Positions 50,790-64,000 of a stretch of DNA of 64,000 nt are shown piece after piece. The notes beneath the pieces are model-generated. The model saw only the letters and a list, made by a program, of their open reading frames with translations, made no database searches and was not told the DNA's origin. Source of the stretch: Dipteris shenzhenensis (taxonomy: Eukaryota); assembly GCA_047967505.1 (NCBI GenBank), contig CM106538.1; one strand, 5' to 3'. Both the position numbers and the translations under genes were made by a program. Every line of letters starts with the position of its first letter. The first letter of the stretch is position 1.

Positions 50790-53700
50790 CACAACTCTTC
50801 TGATGCTTCTAGTGGAGACTGTGGCAACTCTTCTGATGCTTTCAATGGAGGCTATGGTGCTCTAGATGTACACTCAGTCTCTACTTCTTCTGTAGTATGT
50901 AGTGCTTTCGGAGTAGACTCAGTATCCTCTTCCTTAAATGCAAGCAGAGGCTGTGGCAACTCTTTTGATGCTTCCAGTGGAGGTTGTGGTGCTGTAGGTG
51001 TACACTGAGTCTCTACTTCTTCTATAGTGTGCAGTGCTTTCACAGTAGACTCAGTCTCCTCTTCCTTAAATGCAAGCTCTGATATTGCTTCAGTTGCATG
51101 TTGTATTCTAATGGCAACAATTAGGTCTCGAATGATTTCAGCCCTAAACAATTGTATATCCTCCTCTGAATATTTGAGCTCCAAAGAGTCTTCTGATGAG
51201 ATCTGTGGCTTAAGTGAGAAAATTTCATTGAAAATCAACATGCAGTTGTAGGAAACTCTCCACCCACAACTATGCCCATCTTCCTACTCTACTACTAAAT
51301 GCTTTTGGAAGTCTAGCGAGTCTTTGTACTATCCTGTTTCTCTGATAGCAGATACCAACTTCTCAATCGACCTGCTCATCATGACATATTAAAAAAACTT
51401 AGTGTGTCTATTACATAAGGTACATAATATAGAAGTAACAACATATTAATAGAATACTTACGTTTGCACTGAGCCATGAAAGCCTACAATCGAGTTAACA
51501 AACCAACAATAGTTGTCTTCAATGTCCCAAACCACTAGACTCCAATGTTCCCTACACGAATAATTAAGAACCATTATTATTTAACACAATATTGCCAGTA
51601 TAAGATGAAAATAAAGGTTGCCATGATACTTACATCTCATGATATGCCATAAATAGGACTCGCACGCCATGTAAATGTAAAGGCTGTAACCATTTACAAA
51701 CATCGGCTATCGTCTTTCTGCTATCGCTAAGTATAGGAGAAAGGAGGGAATCCAACATATACACACGGTTTTGTACGGCTCTACCAAATCGTGAGATAAC
51801 TATACTGCACCAACAAATAAATGAATATTAGCTTATTAGATTTAATCAAAATATTGAATTATCAAGCAGAGAAAAAGTTTGTATCAAACCTGAGAATGGC
51901 CATCATAACATTGTTATTGACCTCATTTGAAGCTCTAGAGAGGATTGAAATCTCCTCTCCCCCAAATTCAAGATACTGAGGTCTATGTTGAATCATAACC
52001 CTAACATTAAAAGAGCTTTCCAATTCTTCCAATGAAGCCATGTTTGTAGAGTTGAGGTCTTCTATCCCCTTTGACTCTTTGACGGCATTCATTTCGCACT
52101 CCTCTGAGCCATTATCTATTTGCCTTGTGGGAGGGTCCATAATGTCGCCCTTAATGATTGCTCGAATGGTACATGTTATAAATGCATAGAGATGCAAATC
52201 CGTATATGTTGATAGTGTCGTGTCATTTTGTATCTCAAAAATTTGACCAAGTACCAAAAAGCAATTGTAGCCCACCCTCCATCCACAATTATAGATGTGG
52301 CTATTCTCTTGATGTGATACCTAACATGTTATATACTCTATTTGTTGTGCCAAGTCACATTGCCGCATTACTATGTCGATAGCACCTACTAACTTTCGAG
52401 CTAATCTGCACATCAAAACATATAACAACAGTGAATATGTGCATTGCATATCAATCTCCATGTCAAGAAGTGACAACAAGTGTAGTCTATACTTACTCTA
52501 ACATAGTGCCATGGATGGATGTCATTGAGTTGGTAAAGAAGCACTTCTTTGCAAAGATGTCCACGACTACCAGACTCCAATGTGAGCTGCATTATCAATA
52601 AAGAATAATTACTGTATTTGAGACAATTCTAGCAATGCAATAGAAAAAACAAGTAGGGTTTAATGCTTACTTCTCATAATATGCTGTAAAAATAACTCGT
52701 GCATCATTCATAGAAACGTGCTTCAACCACTTGCAAACATCCTCTATGGTTTCTTCTTTGTTGCTAAGCACTTTCAGAATACGAGGATCGAGCATATATG
52801 AAACGCTTTGTATATTTTGCGGAAAATTTGCTATAACACTACTATATTTAAAAAAAAGTATTAGCTTCTTGGGTTTAATCAAAATAAGCAAAGTATAAAG
52901 CCAAGGAAAAGGCTGCATCAAACCTGAGGATGGTTGTAATGACTTTGACATTAACCTCTTTCTTAGGATTCAAGAGGATTAAAATCTCTTCTTTACTAAA
53001 TTCAAAAAAATGACGTTGTTGTCAAATTAACAACATAGCGGTGAATGAACTTCCAATCTGCTCCAAGAGATTCATATTTTCATGACTCACCTTATTGAGC
53101 GAGTAGTCTACATCGTATTCTTCTTCACTTGCTATGTCTTCTACATCCTCCTTCTGCTATAAAAATATAAAAAAGTTATGCGATGTATACATCCCAAATA
53201 AAGGCTTAAACAAGAAAATAAAGTTTCATACATGCTTTCATTAGAGTGAGTCTCTCCTCCTCTTGGAGGAAAATTTTAAAAAGTTATGAGATTTACATAT
53301 CTCAAATAAAAATAAAGGTTTAAATAATCATAGAAGTATAAAGATAGCATGCTTTCATTAGACTCAGTCTCTTCTCCTCTTGGAGGAAAATATAAAAAAG
53401 TTATGAGATTTACACATCCCAATTAAAGGCTTGAACAAGCATACAAGTATAAAGATAAGGTTTTATACATGCTGCAATGTACTCATATATTCAGGTTGTT
53501 TCCCAATGGTACCAGTTAGACACAGAATACTCTCAGCCCGAAATGCTAGCAGATCGGCTTCTGTATATGATTCCATTTTGACTGGTAACTCCAAATAAAA
53601 AATCTCTCTAAGAACCAACATGCAGTTGTAGGCAACTCTCCACCCATAGCTGTGCCCATCTTTTTGCTCCACTGGCAAACGTCTTTTGAATTCTACTTGG

Positions 53701-55390
53701 TCTTGTTGCTCCGTGGTTGTTCTGATAGCAAATACTAGCCGATATGCAGCACTGTCCATCATGACATATTAAATATATTAATATGTCATGATCATAAGAT
53801 ACAAAATAAGAAAGTAACAAAAATATTAAGAGAATAATTACCTTGGGGAGTTGGCATGATAGCCTTCCATTGAATTCACAAACCACAAACGGTTGAGTTC
53901 AAGGTCCCAGGTGATCAGACTCCAATGTGAGCTACACGACTAGAATAAAAATGATTATTGTTTTACACAAACTTGCCAAAGAAATAGTAAAAATAAGGTT
54001 AGAGTTGATACTTACTTCTCATGATAAGGCATAAAGATGACTTGCACTCCATCTAAATTCAAAGGGCTTAACCAGGTACAAACATCTTCTATAGTCTTTT
54101 GAGGAGAGCTAAGAATAGAAGAAAGGAGAGCATCGAGCATGTAGACACGATGCTGCACTGCACTAGGAAGCTGAGAAACTGCACCAAGAAATAAACAAAC
54201 GTTAGCTCATAGAATTGATTTGCATTTTGCACTAGGAAACTAATATATAACTACACTGTAAACAAATAAACAAATGTTAGCTCATTGAAGTAGCAACAAA
54301 TAAACAAATGTTACCTGAGAATGGCCAGGATAACATTGTCATTAACCTCTTTTAAAGGATTAGAGAGGATTGAAACCTCCTCTCTACCAAAGCTCAAATA
54401 TTGAGGTTCTCATTTCAAAATGATCCTAACTTCAAATGAGCTCTCCATTTCATCCAATGTCGCTAAATTTTCAGAATGGGTCTCTATCATAGCTTGTATT
54501 CTATGTTTGCAGTCATTCTACTTTTCCATGGTGTCTTTAAAGCTCTTGTGCTCATGGGATTCTTCAATCAAATTTAGAGGTGGTTGCATTGCTGAAGTAG
54601 AAGGGAGTGCCTCCATATTAACTTCATCCATTTCTTCTCCCTCTATTGCCTGTAAACAAATATGAGAGATTAGATTCATTATCTTTAAATTTAAATCTTA
54701 TTTAAAAAATTGTATTTAGTTGAGAAATAGAGAGTTCATACTGCTAAGTATTGTCATAGTGGCCTTTTTTCATAACCCTATGAGCCATAATTATCAAAGA
54801 AGGCATCATCATGTTTGTCTTCATCCACCAACCTCTCTCTAAACGGGTCATGTAAGTCCATCTTTTCATCATCATCAACTAGGACATTATGATCTTCAAG
54901 GTAATCATCCATGTCATCAGTGTCCTTGTGATTTATCTCTTTTTCATAGCCTATGGTTAGATCTACTTGAAGCTGAAAATAAGCCATGAAATGCTTGTTT
55001 TCAATAAAATTTTTGGAGTTGCCTTTTCTGAGGAGATCCTCAAATAAATATCCCATCTTGCACAAGGTGACCTCCCAACCTGTCGATAGCAAATTCTCCA
55101 TCATGGTAAGCAAGAGTCCCACTTTTTGCAGGACTTCCATAGTTGTTTTTTTGATAATGTATGGACCTGGGAATATCTTGCTCTTCTAGCATCAATCTCA
55201 AATTATTTGAATTCCCTCTTATCTTCTTTTGTAAGGAGTGATCAGGGTTGGGACTCCGCATACACAAAAAGAATGATTCAAGAGATTGAATAGCTATGCC
55301 ACATTCTCTCTTGCCTCTCTGTGCTGCATAAACACCACTATAGATCTTCAAATCTGATGAATATGCTCGCTCTAGAGTAACCTGCATGGC
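50790..55390 (-). pseudogene. Multi-exon gene with three tandem Ulp1/C48-like (CE clan) cysteine protease domains
   Basis: Three repeats of NDNVI..IL / MLD...EDVCKWL...IF..YHEK / HWSL...(FV)NS / DGHS(C/Y)GWRV.YNC. HWSL lies at ~53917, ~52572 and ~51537. Shared GT-AG intron positions. Stops present. Confidence 0.75.
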
Positions 55391-55414
55391 TTCTTTGTCT
55401 TTTTTATCAACAAA

Positions 55415-56495
55415 CCGGCCCCTCCCTCCCCTCCCCCCTCCATCCCCTCCTTGGGGTCCTGGCGGTCACGGCCGCCAAAACCCTCCCCCCTCCCTCCCTC
55501 GACCCCGGCCCCCGCCCCTCCCTCACCTCCCCCCCCTCCATCCCCTCCTTCCCCTCCCTGGGGTCTTGGCGGCTGCGGCTACTAGAACCCCCCCTCCCTC
55601 CCTCGACCCCGCCCCTCGCCCCTCCATCCCCTCCCTCCCCCTCCTTCCCCTCCATGGGGTCCTGGCGGCCGCGGCCGCCAGAACCCCCCCTCCCTCCCTC
55701 CCTTCCCCCCCTCCCCTCCATCCCGTCCCCCCCTCCCTCCCCTCCACCCCCTCCATCCCCTCCCTCCCTTAACCCCCCCCGCCCCTCCCTCCCCTCCCTA
55801 GGGTCCTGGCGGCCGTGGCGGCCAGAACCCCCCCTCCCTCCCTCGACCCTGCCCCCCGCCCCTCCCTCCCCTTCCCCCCCTCCATCCCCTCCTTCCCCTC
55901 TGGGGTCCTCGCGGCCGCGGCCGCCAGAACCCCCCCTCCCTCCCTCGACCCTGCCCCCTGCCCCTCCCTCCCCTCCCCCCTCCATCCCCTCCTTGAGGTC
56001 CTGGTGGCCGCGGCCGCCAGAACCCCCCCTCCCTCCCTCGACCCCGCCCCCTGCCCCTCCCTCTCCTCCCCCCCTCCATCCCCTCCTTCCCCTCTAGGGT
56101 CTTGGCGGTCGCGGCTGCCAGAACCCCCCCTCCCTCCCTCGACCCTACCACCCGCCCATCCCTCCCCTCCCCTCCCCCCCTCCATCCCCTCCTTGGGGTC
56201 CTGGCCGCGGCCGCCAGAACCCCTCCTCCCTCCCTCGACCCCGCCCCCCGCCCCTCCCTCCCCCCCCCTCCATCCCCTCCTTCCTCGCCCCCCCCTCCAT
56301 CCCCTCCCTCCCTCGACCCCCCCTCCCGGCCGCCAGGAACCCCCCCCCTCCATCCCCTCCCTCCCTCAACCCCCCCTCCATCCCCTCCTTCCCTCGATCC
56401 CCCCCCCCCCCCGGGCTCCTCCCTCCCTCCTTGGCTCCTCCCTCTCATCCCCCTCCACTTCCCTCTTCCTCCTGGAGGCCGCGGCCTCCAAGGTT
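55415..56495. repeat. C-rich ~100-bp minisatellite with GC palindromic cores
   Basis: About 9-10 units of GGGGTCCTGGCGGCCGCGGCCGCCAGAACCCC embedded in CCCT/CCAT tracts. Confidence 0.9.
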
Positions 56496-57554
56496 TCTCT
56501 CCTTCTCTCTAAACTTTCTCTCTCTCTCTCTAGTTCCTCTCTCTCTTTCTTTCTTTCTCTCTCTTCAAATTTTAAAAAAAAATCTAGATAAAGAATTAAT
56601 CAAAAAAATTTGCAAGTACCTGGAAAAAGTTTGTAAGTTTGCTCTTTCTTGCTTTCTTGCTCTTCCTTCCTTGCTTTCTTGCTCGTCCTTGCTTTCTTGC
56701 TTCAATCAATGAAATGAGGGGAGAATGAATGAAGAAGGAAGACTATATATAAGAAAAATTAGGTTTTCCTCCTCCTCTCCTATTGGCTTTCCATTCCTCC
56801 CCTCTCTCCTATTGGCTTTTCATTTCTCCCCTCTCCCATTGGCTCCCATTACTCCCCCTCTCCCATTGGACCCCCATCCCTCATCCCAATCTTCCATTGT
56901 CCCTCCCCCCATCCATTTCTTCTTCCTCCCCCATTGCCACCACTCCCATCCCACATTTCCATCACGTCCCATACTCCTCCCATTTCCCAAAATCCCATAT
57001 TTCCCCATCTCACCCTCCTCTTTTTCATCCCCTATTAACTCCCCTCACTCATTTCACTCCCTTATTATCCTACTCCCCTATTACCTCCCCCTCTCCCATT
57101 CCATTCTTCCCTCCCCACTCTCACTTCCACTTCCCATTACTCACTTGCCATTTGAAAACTATTAATATATTATTATACTATTTTTTATACTTATTATCAT
57201 ACACCCCTATTACTTCCCTCTCCCATTCCACTCCTCCCTCCTCACTCCCACTTCCACTTCCCATTACTCACTTGCTATACACATTTGCAAACTATTAATA
57301 TATTATTATATGATTTTTTATACTATTTGCAAACTTACATGTGGGCAAAATCACAGGTGTCAAAGCGATCCTATTGTGGTCATACAACAACTGTGCTTTT
57401 ATTCAAGGGCGTATTTATCCTCATCAACAATACTCAAGGTATGAAGTGCATAATTTATGTACTAGGTGTTTACTTTGTTGTATCAAAATTGTTTGCCACA
57501 CACACACACATATACACATACCGAGAATTTTCTAATATTATTGCATCTACATTT

Positions 57555-60500
57555 CTCCGATGGGCACAAAACTTTGTACACGCCTCAACCTAGTCGTATT
57601 GACTTGCATACAAAGTGGTGCACCCATCCCATAAGTACTTGCTCGGATAACACACCTCCAAACATATTTTATGATGACTGTGCTTAACACTAGGAACAAA
57701 ATGGTGTATAATGTGCGATCGACTATGCAAAGCATATCCAATGGACACAAGACTTTGCACATTCCTTAATCTAGGAAGTATTGACTTGTGTGCAAAGTGG
57801 CATCCCCATCCGATAAGTACTTGTTTGAAAAATACACCTGGGATCGTGTTTTTTGACGGTTGTACATGACACCAAGGCAAAAACGGTATTTAATACTCAA
57901 TCTACCATGGAAAGGGCACAATACTTTGCACGTGCCTCAAAAGTGGTGGTATGGTATTCCATGCAAAGTGGAAAGCCCATTCAATAAGTACTTGGTATGA
58001 TAATACACCTAAGAGCGTGTTCTTTAACGGATGTGCATAACACTAGGGGGAAAACGGTGTATAATGTGTGATCCCCTATGCAAAGCATAACCGATAGACA
58101 CAATACTGTGCACGCACATCAACCTAGTTGAAATTGACTTTCTTGCAAAGTGGCTCCCCCATCTGACAAATACTTTTTAGAATATCAAACCTAGGACCAT
58201 GTTTTTTATTGGTTGTTGTCCATGACACTAAGGCAAAAACGCTGTTTTATGCTTAATCGACAATGCAATGCATATCCGATCATCACAATACTTTGCACAC
58301 ATCTCAACCTAGGTATTATTAACTTACATGCAAAGTGGCGTGCCCATCCCATAAGTACTTAGCTGAATAACACATCCAGGACCGCGTTTTTAGACGGTTG
58401 TGCATGACACTAAGGCCAAAACAGTGTTTAATGCTTGTTCGACAATGCAAAACATATCTGATGCGCACAATACTTTGCATGAGTCTCAAAAATTATGGTA
58501 TTGCATTGCATGCAAATTGGTACACCCATCTGATAAGCAATTGGTCGGATAACACACCTAAAAGCGTGTTTTTTTATGGTTGTGCATGACATTGAGGCAC
58601 AAACGGAGTTTAATACGTGATATACCATCCAAAGTACATCCGATGGGCACAATACTTTGCACCCACCTCAACCTAGGTGTTATTGAGTTGCATGAAAAGT
58701 GGCATGTCAGTTAGATAAGTACTTGATCCAACAACACACCTAGGACCGTGTTTTTTTACAAATGTGCTTGACACTAAGGCAAAAACGGTGTTTTATGCTT
58801 GATCAACAATGCAAAGCATATCCGATGGGCACAATACTTTTCACACACCTTCAACTAGGTGGAATTGACTTACATGCAAAGTGGCATGCCCATCCCATCA
58901 GTGCTTGATCGGATAACATACCTAGCAGCATGTTTTTTTACAGATGTGCATGACACGAGCAAAAATAGTATTTAATGCTCGATCGACCATGCAAAGGATA
59001 TCCGATGGGCAAAGACTTTTCCTACACCGCAACCTAGGTGGTATTGAAATTTTCTCAAAGAGGCACACCCATCCGATAAGTACTTGGTCAGATAACACAC
59101 CTAAGGGCGTGTTTTTTTGCGGATGTACATATCACTAGGGAAAAAACAGTGTATAATGCGTGATCGACCATGCAAAGCATATTCGATGGTGACAATACTT
59201 TGCACGCACCTCAACATAGTTGAAACGGACTTGCGTGCAAAGTGGAGCCCCCATCCGATAAGTACTTGTTTGATTAACACACCTAGGATCATGTTTTTGA
59301 TGGTTGTGCATGACACTAAGGCAAAAACGGTGTTTTATGCTTGATCGACAATGCAAAGCATATCCGATCAGCACAATACTTTGCACACACCTTCAAATAG
59401 ATGGAATTGACTTACATGCAAAGTGGCATTCCCATCTCATAAGTACTTGATCGGATAACACACCTAGCAGCGTGTTTTTTTACGAATGTGCATGACACTA
59501 AAGCAAAAATGGTATTTAATGCTCGATCGACCATGCAAATGATATCCGATGGGCACAATACTTTTCCTATGCCTTAACCTAGGTGGTATTGAAAAGTTCT
59601 CAAAGAGGCACACCCATCCGATAAGTACTTGGTCAGATAACACACCTAAGGGCGTGTTTTTTTGCGGATGTGCATATCACTAGGGAAAAAATGGTGTATA
59701 ATGCGTGATCGACCATGCAAAGCATATCTGATGGCAACAATACTTTGCACGCACCTCAACATAGTTGAAAAGGACTTGCGTGTAAAGTGGAGCCCCCATC
59801 CGATAAGTACTTCTTTGAATAACACACCTACGGCCGTGTTTTTATACGGTTGTGCATGACACTAAGGCAAAAACGGTGTCTTATGCTTGATCAACAATGC
59901 AAAGCATATCCGATGGGCACAATACATTGCACACACCTTCAACTAGGTGGAATTGACTTACATGCAAAGTGGCATTCCCATCTCATAAGTACTTGATCGG
60001 ATAAAACACCTAGCAGCGTGTTTTTTTACGAATGTGCATGACACTAAGGCAAAAATGGTATTTAATGCTCGATCGACCATGCAAATGATATCCGATGGGC
60101 ACAATACTTTTCCTACGCCTTAACCTAGGTGGTATTAAAATATTCTCAAAGAGGCACACCCATCCGATAAGTACTTGGTCAGATAACACACCTAAGGGCG
60201 TGTTTTTTTGCGGATGTGCATATCACTACGGGAAAAATGTTGTATAATGAGTGAGTACTTGTTTGAATAACACACCTAGGGCTGTGTTTTTATATGGTTG
60301 TGCATGACACTAAGGCAAAAACGGTGTTTTATACTTGATCCACAATGCAAAGCATATCCGATGGGCACAATACTTTGCACACACCTTCAACTAGGTGGAA
60401 TTGACTTACATGCAAAGTGGCACACCCATCCCATAAGTGCTTGATCGGATAACATACCTAGCAGCGTGATTTTTTACGAATGTGCATGACACTAGAGCAA

Positions 60501-63500
60501 AAATAGTATTTCATGCTCGATCGACCATGCAAAGGATATCCGATGGGCACAATACTTTTCCTACGCCTCAACCCAGGTGGTATTGAAATGTTCTCAAAGA
60601 GGCACACCCATCCAATACGTACTTGGTCAGATAACACACCTAAGGGTGTATTTTTTTGTGGATGTGCATATCACTAGGGAAAAACGGTGTATAATGCGTG
60701 ATCAACCAAGCAAAACATATATGATGGTGACAATACTTTGCACACACCTCAATGTAGTTGAAATGGACTTGCATGCAAAGTGGAGCTCCCATCCAATAAG
60801 TACTTGTTTGAATAACACACCTAGGGCTGTGTTTTTATACGGTTGTGCATGACACTAAGGCAAAAACAGAGTTTTATGCTTGATCCACAATGCAAAGCAT
60901 ATCCAATGGGCACAATACTTTGCACACACCTTCAACTAGGTGGAATTGACTTACATGCAGAGTGGCACACCCATCCCATAAGTGCTTGATCAGATAACAT
61001 ACCTAGCAGCGTGATTATTTACGAATGTGCATGACACTAGAGCAAAAATAGTATTTCATGCTCGATCGACCATGGAAAGGATATCCAATGGGCACAACAC
61101 TTTTTGTACACCTCAACCTAGGTGGTATTGAAATGTTCTCAAAGAGGCACACCCATCCGATAAGTACTTGGTCAGATAACACACCTAAGGGCATGTTTTT
61201 TTGCGGATGTGCATATCACTAGGGGAAAAACGATGTATAATGCTTGATCGGCCATGCAAAGCATATCCGATGGTCACAATACTTTGCACGCACCTCAACC
61301 TACTTGAAAGATACTTGCGTGCAAAGTGGAGCCCCCATTTAATAAGTACTTGTTTGAATAACACACCTAGGACCATGTTTTTTTATGGTTGTGCATTACA
61401 CTAAGGCAAAAACGGTGTTTTATGCTTGATCGACAATGCAAAGCATATCCGATGGGCGCAATACTTTGCACACACCTTCAACTAGGTGGAATTGACTTAC
61501 ATGCAAAGTGGCACTCCCATCCCATAAGTTCTTGATCAGATAACATACCTAGCAGCATGATTATTTACGGATGTGCATGACACAGGCAAAAATGGTATTT
61601 AATGCTCGATCGACCATGCAAAGCATATCCCATGGGCACAATACTTTTTGTATGCCTTAACCTAGGTAGTATTGAAATGTTCTCAAATAGGCACACCCAT
61701 CCGATAAGTACTTGGTCAGATAACATACCTAAGGGCATGTTTTTTTGCGGATGTGCATATCACTACCGGAAAAACGTTGTATAATGTGTGATCGACCATG
61801 CAAAGCATATCCGATGGTGAAAATACTTTGCATGCATCTCAACCTAGTTGAAACAGACTTGTGTGCAAAGTGGAGCCCCCATTCGATAAGTACTTCTTTG
61901 ATTAACACACCTAGGACCTTGTTTTTTCATGGTTGTGCATGACACTAAGGCAAAAACAGTGTTTTATGCTTGATCGACAATGCAAAGCATATCCAATGGG
62001 CACAATACTTTGCACACAGCTTCAACTAGGTGGAATTGACTTACATGCAAAGTGGCACTCCCATCCCATAAGTGCTTGATCGTTTAACATACCTAGCAGC
62101 GTGTTTTTTTACGGATGTGCATGACACTAAAGCAAAAATAGTATTTAATGCTCGATCGACCATGCAAAGGATATCCGATGGGCACAACACTTTTCCTACA
62201 CCTCAACCTAGGTGGTATTGAAATGTTCTCAAAGAGGCACACCCATCCGATAAGTAATTAGTCAGATAACACACCTAAGGGCGTGTTTTTTTACGGATGT
62301 GCATATCACTAGGGAAAAAACGGTGTATAATGTGTGATCGACCATGCAAAGCATAATCGATGGTGACAATACATTGCATGCACCTCAACGTAGTTGAAAG
62401 GGACTTCGGTGTAAAGTGGAGCCCCCATCCGATAAGTACTTGTTTGAATAACACTCCTAGGGCCGTGTTTTTATATGGTTGTGCATGACACTAAGGCAAA
62501 AACGGTGTTTTATGCTTGATCCACAATGCAAAGCATATCCGATGAGCAAAATACCTTGCACACACCTTCAGCTAGGTGGAATTGACTTACATGCAAAGTG
62601 GCATTCCCATCTCATAAGTACTTGATCGGATAACACACCTAGCAACGTGTTTTTTTACGGATGTGCATGACACTAAGGCAAAAATGGTATTTAATGCTCG
62701 ATCAACCATGCAAAGCATATCCCATGGGCACAATACTTTTCCTACACCTTAACCTAGGTGGTATTGAAATCTTCTCAAAGAGGCACACCCATCCGATAAG
62801 TACTTGGTCAGATAACATACCTAAGTGCGTGTTTTCTTGCGGATGTGCATATCACTACGGGAAAAACGTTGTATAATGCGTAATCGACCATGCAGAGCAT
62901 ATCCGGTGGTGACAATACTTTGCACGCATCTCAACCTAGTTGAAACGGACTTTCATGCAAACTGGAGCCCCCATCCGATAAGTACTTGTTTGATTAACAC
63001 ACCTAGGACCGTGTTTTTTCATGGTTGTGCATGACACTAAGGTAAAAACGGTGTTTTATGCTTGATCGACAATGCAAAGCATATCCGATGGGCACAATAC
63101 TTTGCACACACCTTCAACTAGGTGGAATTGACTTACATGAAAAGTGGCACGTCCATCCCATAAGTGCTTGATCGGATAACATACCTAGCAGCGTGATTTT
63201 TTACGGATGTGCATGACACAGGCAAAAATGGTATTTAATGCTCGATTGATCAACCATGCAAAGCATATCCGATGGGCACAACACTTTTCTTACGCCTCAA
63301 CCTAGGTCGTAATGAAATGCTCTCAAAGAGGCACACCCATCCGATAAGTACTTGGTCGGATAACACACCTAAGGGCGTGTTTTTTTACGGATGTGCATAT
63401 CACTAGGGGAAAAACGGTGTATAATGCGTGATTGGCCATGCAAAGCATATCTGATGGTGACAATACTTTGCATGCACCTCAACCTAGTTGAAACGGACTT

Positions 63501-64000
63501 GCGTGCAAAGTGGAGCCCCCATCCGCTAGGTACTTGTTTGAATAACACACCTAGGACCGTGTTTTTATATGGTTGTGCATGACACTAAGGCAAAAACGGT
63601 GTTTTATGCTTGATCCACAATGCAAAGCATATTCGATGGGCACAATACTTTGCACACACCTTCAACTAGGTGGAATTGAATTACTTGCAAGGTGGCATTC
63701 CCATCGCACAAGTACTTGATCGGATAACACACCTAGCAGCGTGTTTTTTTCCGGATGTGCATGACACTAAGGCAAAAATGGTATTTAATGCTCAATCGAC
63801 CATGCAAAGCATATCCGATGGGCACAATACTTTTCCTATGCCTTAACCTAGGTGGTATTGAAATGTTCTCAAAGAGACACACCCATCCGATAAGTACTTG
63901 GTCAGATAACATACTAAGGGCGTGTTTTTTTACGGATGTGCATATGACTACCGGAAAAATATTGTATAATGTGTAATCGACCATGCAGAGCATATCCGAT
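57555..64000. repeat. Satellite DNA: ~182-bp monomers in a ~546-bp 3-mer higher-order repeat, running off the window end
   Basis: The marker CTTCAACTAG recurs at 58849, 59391, 59937, 60385, 60930, 61476, 62020, 62566, 63112 and 63660 (spacing 542-548, one 448). Three monomer types share GCAAAGCATATCCGATGG and ATAAGTACTTG. Confidence 0.95.

Noticed and set aside
55386-56712. Pro-rich and Gly/Arg-rich ORFs resembling extensins or formins
   Set aside because: Open in nearly all frames because the C-rich minisatellite lacks stop codons.
57555-64000. Possible CRISPR array or repeated small genes
   Set aside because: Whole units are repeated with no unique spacers, there are no cas genes and the context is eukaryotic; the short ORFs are satellite translations.

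Overview
This is a repeat-saturated eukaryotic window with no intact host gene. It is most likely from a land plant: plant-type tRNA-iMet PBS, GT-AG introns, TTTAGGG motifs, and Copia, chromovirus, LINE and CACTA remnants. 692-14830 is a complete but degenerate chromodomain Ty3/Gypsy element (- strand, 463-bp LTRs, TSD GAAAT). Nested in it are a very young, nearly intact Ty1/Copia (4755-11901, 257-bp LTRs with one mismatch, TSD GATCC, and an array of eight TGACGTGGC motifs in its leader) and an inverted solo LTR of the same Copia family. 15-22 kb holds LINE and Copia debris and a 308-bp foldback element. 22458-28381 is an unusual LTR element with a tRNA-His-like PBS, an archaeal-type RNase H plus zinc knuckle placed upstream of gag, and no recognisable PR, RT or INT. 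29-41 kb holds nested Gypsy, LINE and internally deleted Copia remnants. 42-57 kb holds DNA-transposon-like cargo: a CACTA transposase remnant, a histone-H3-fold fragment fused to a non-histone N-terminus, a Sola2-like transposase fragment, an intron-containing gene with three tandem Ulp1/C48-like protease domains, and a C-rich minisatellite with palindromic cores. From about 57.55 kb to the end runs a satellite with ~182-bp monomers organised as a ~546-bp 3-mer higher-order repeat. All family assignments come from motif recognition by eye; no searches were run.
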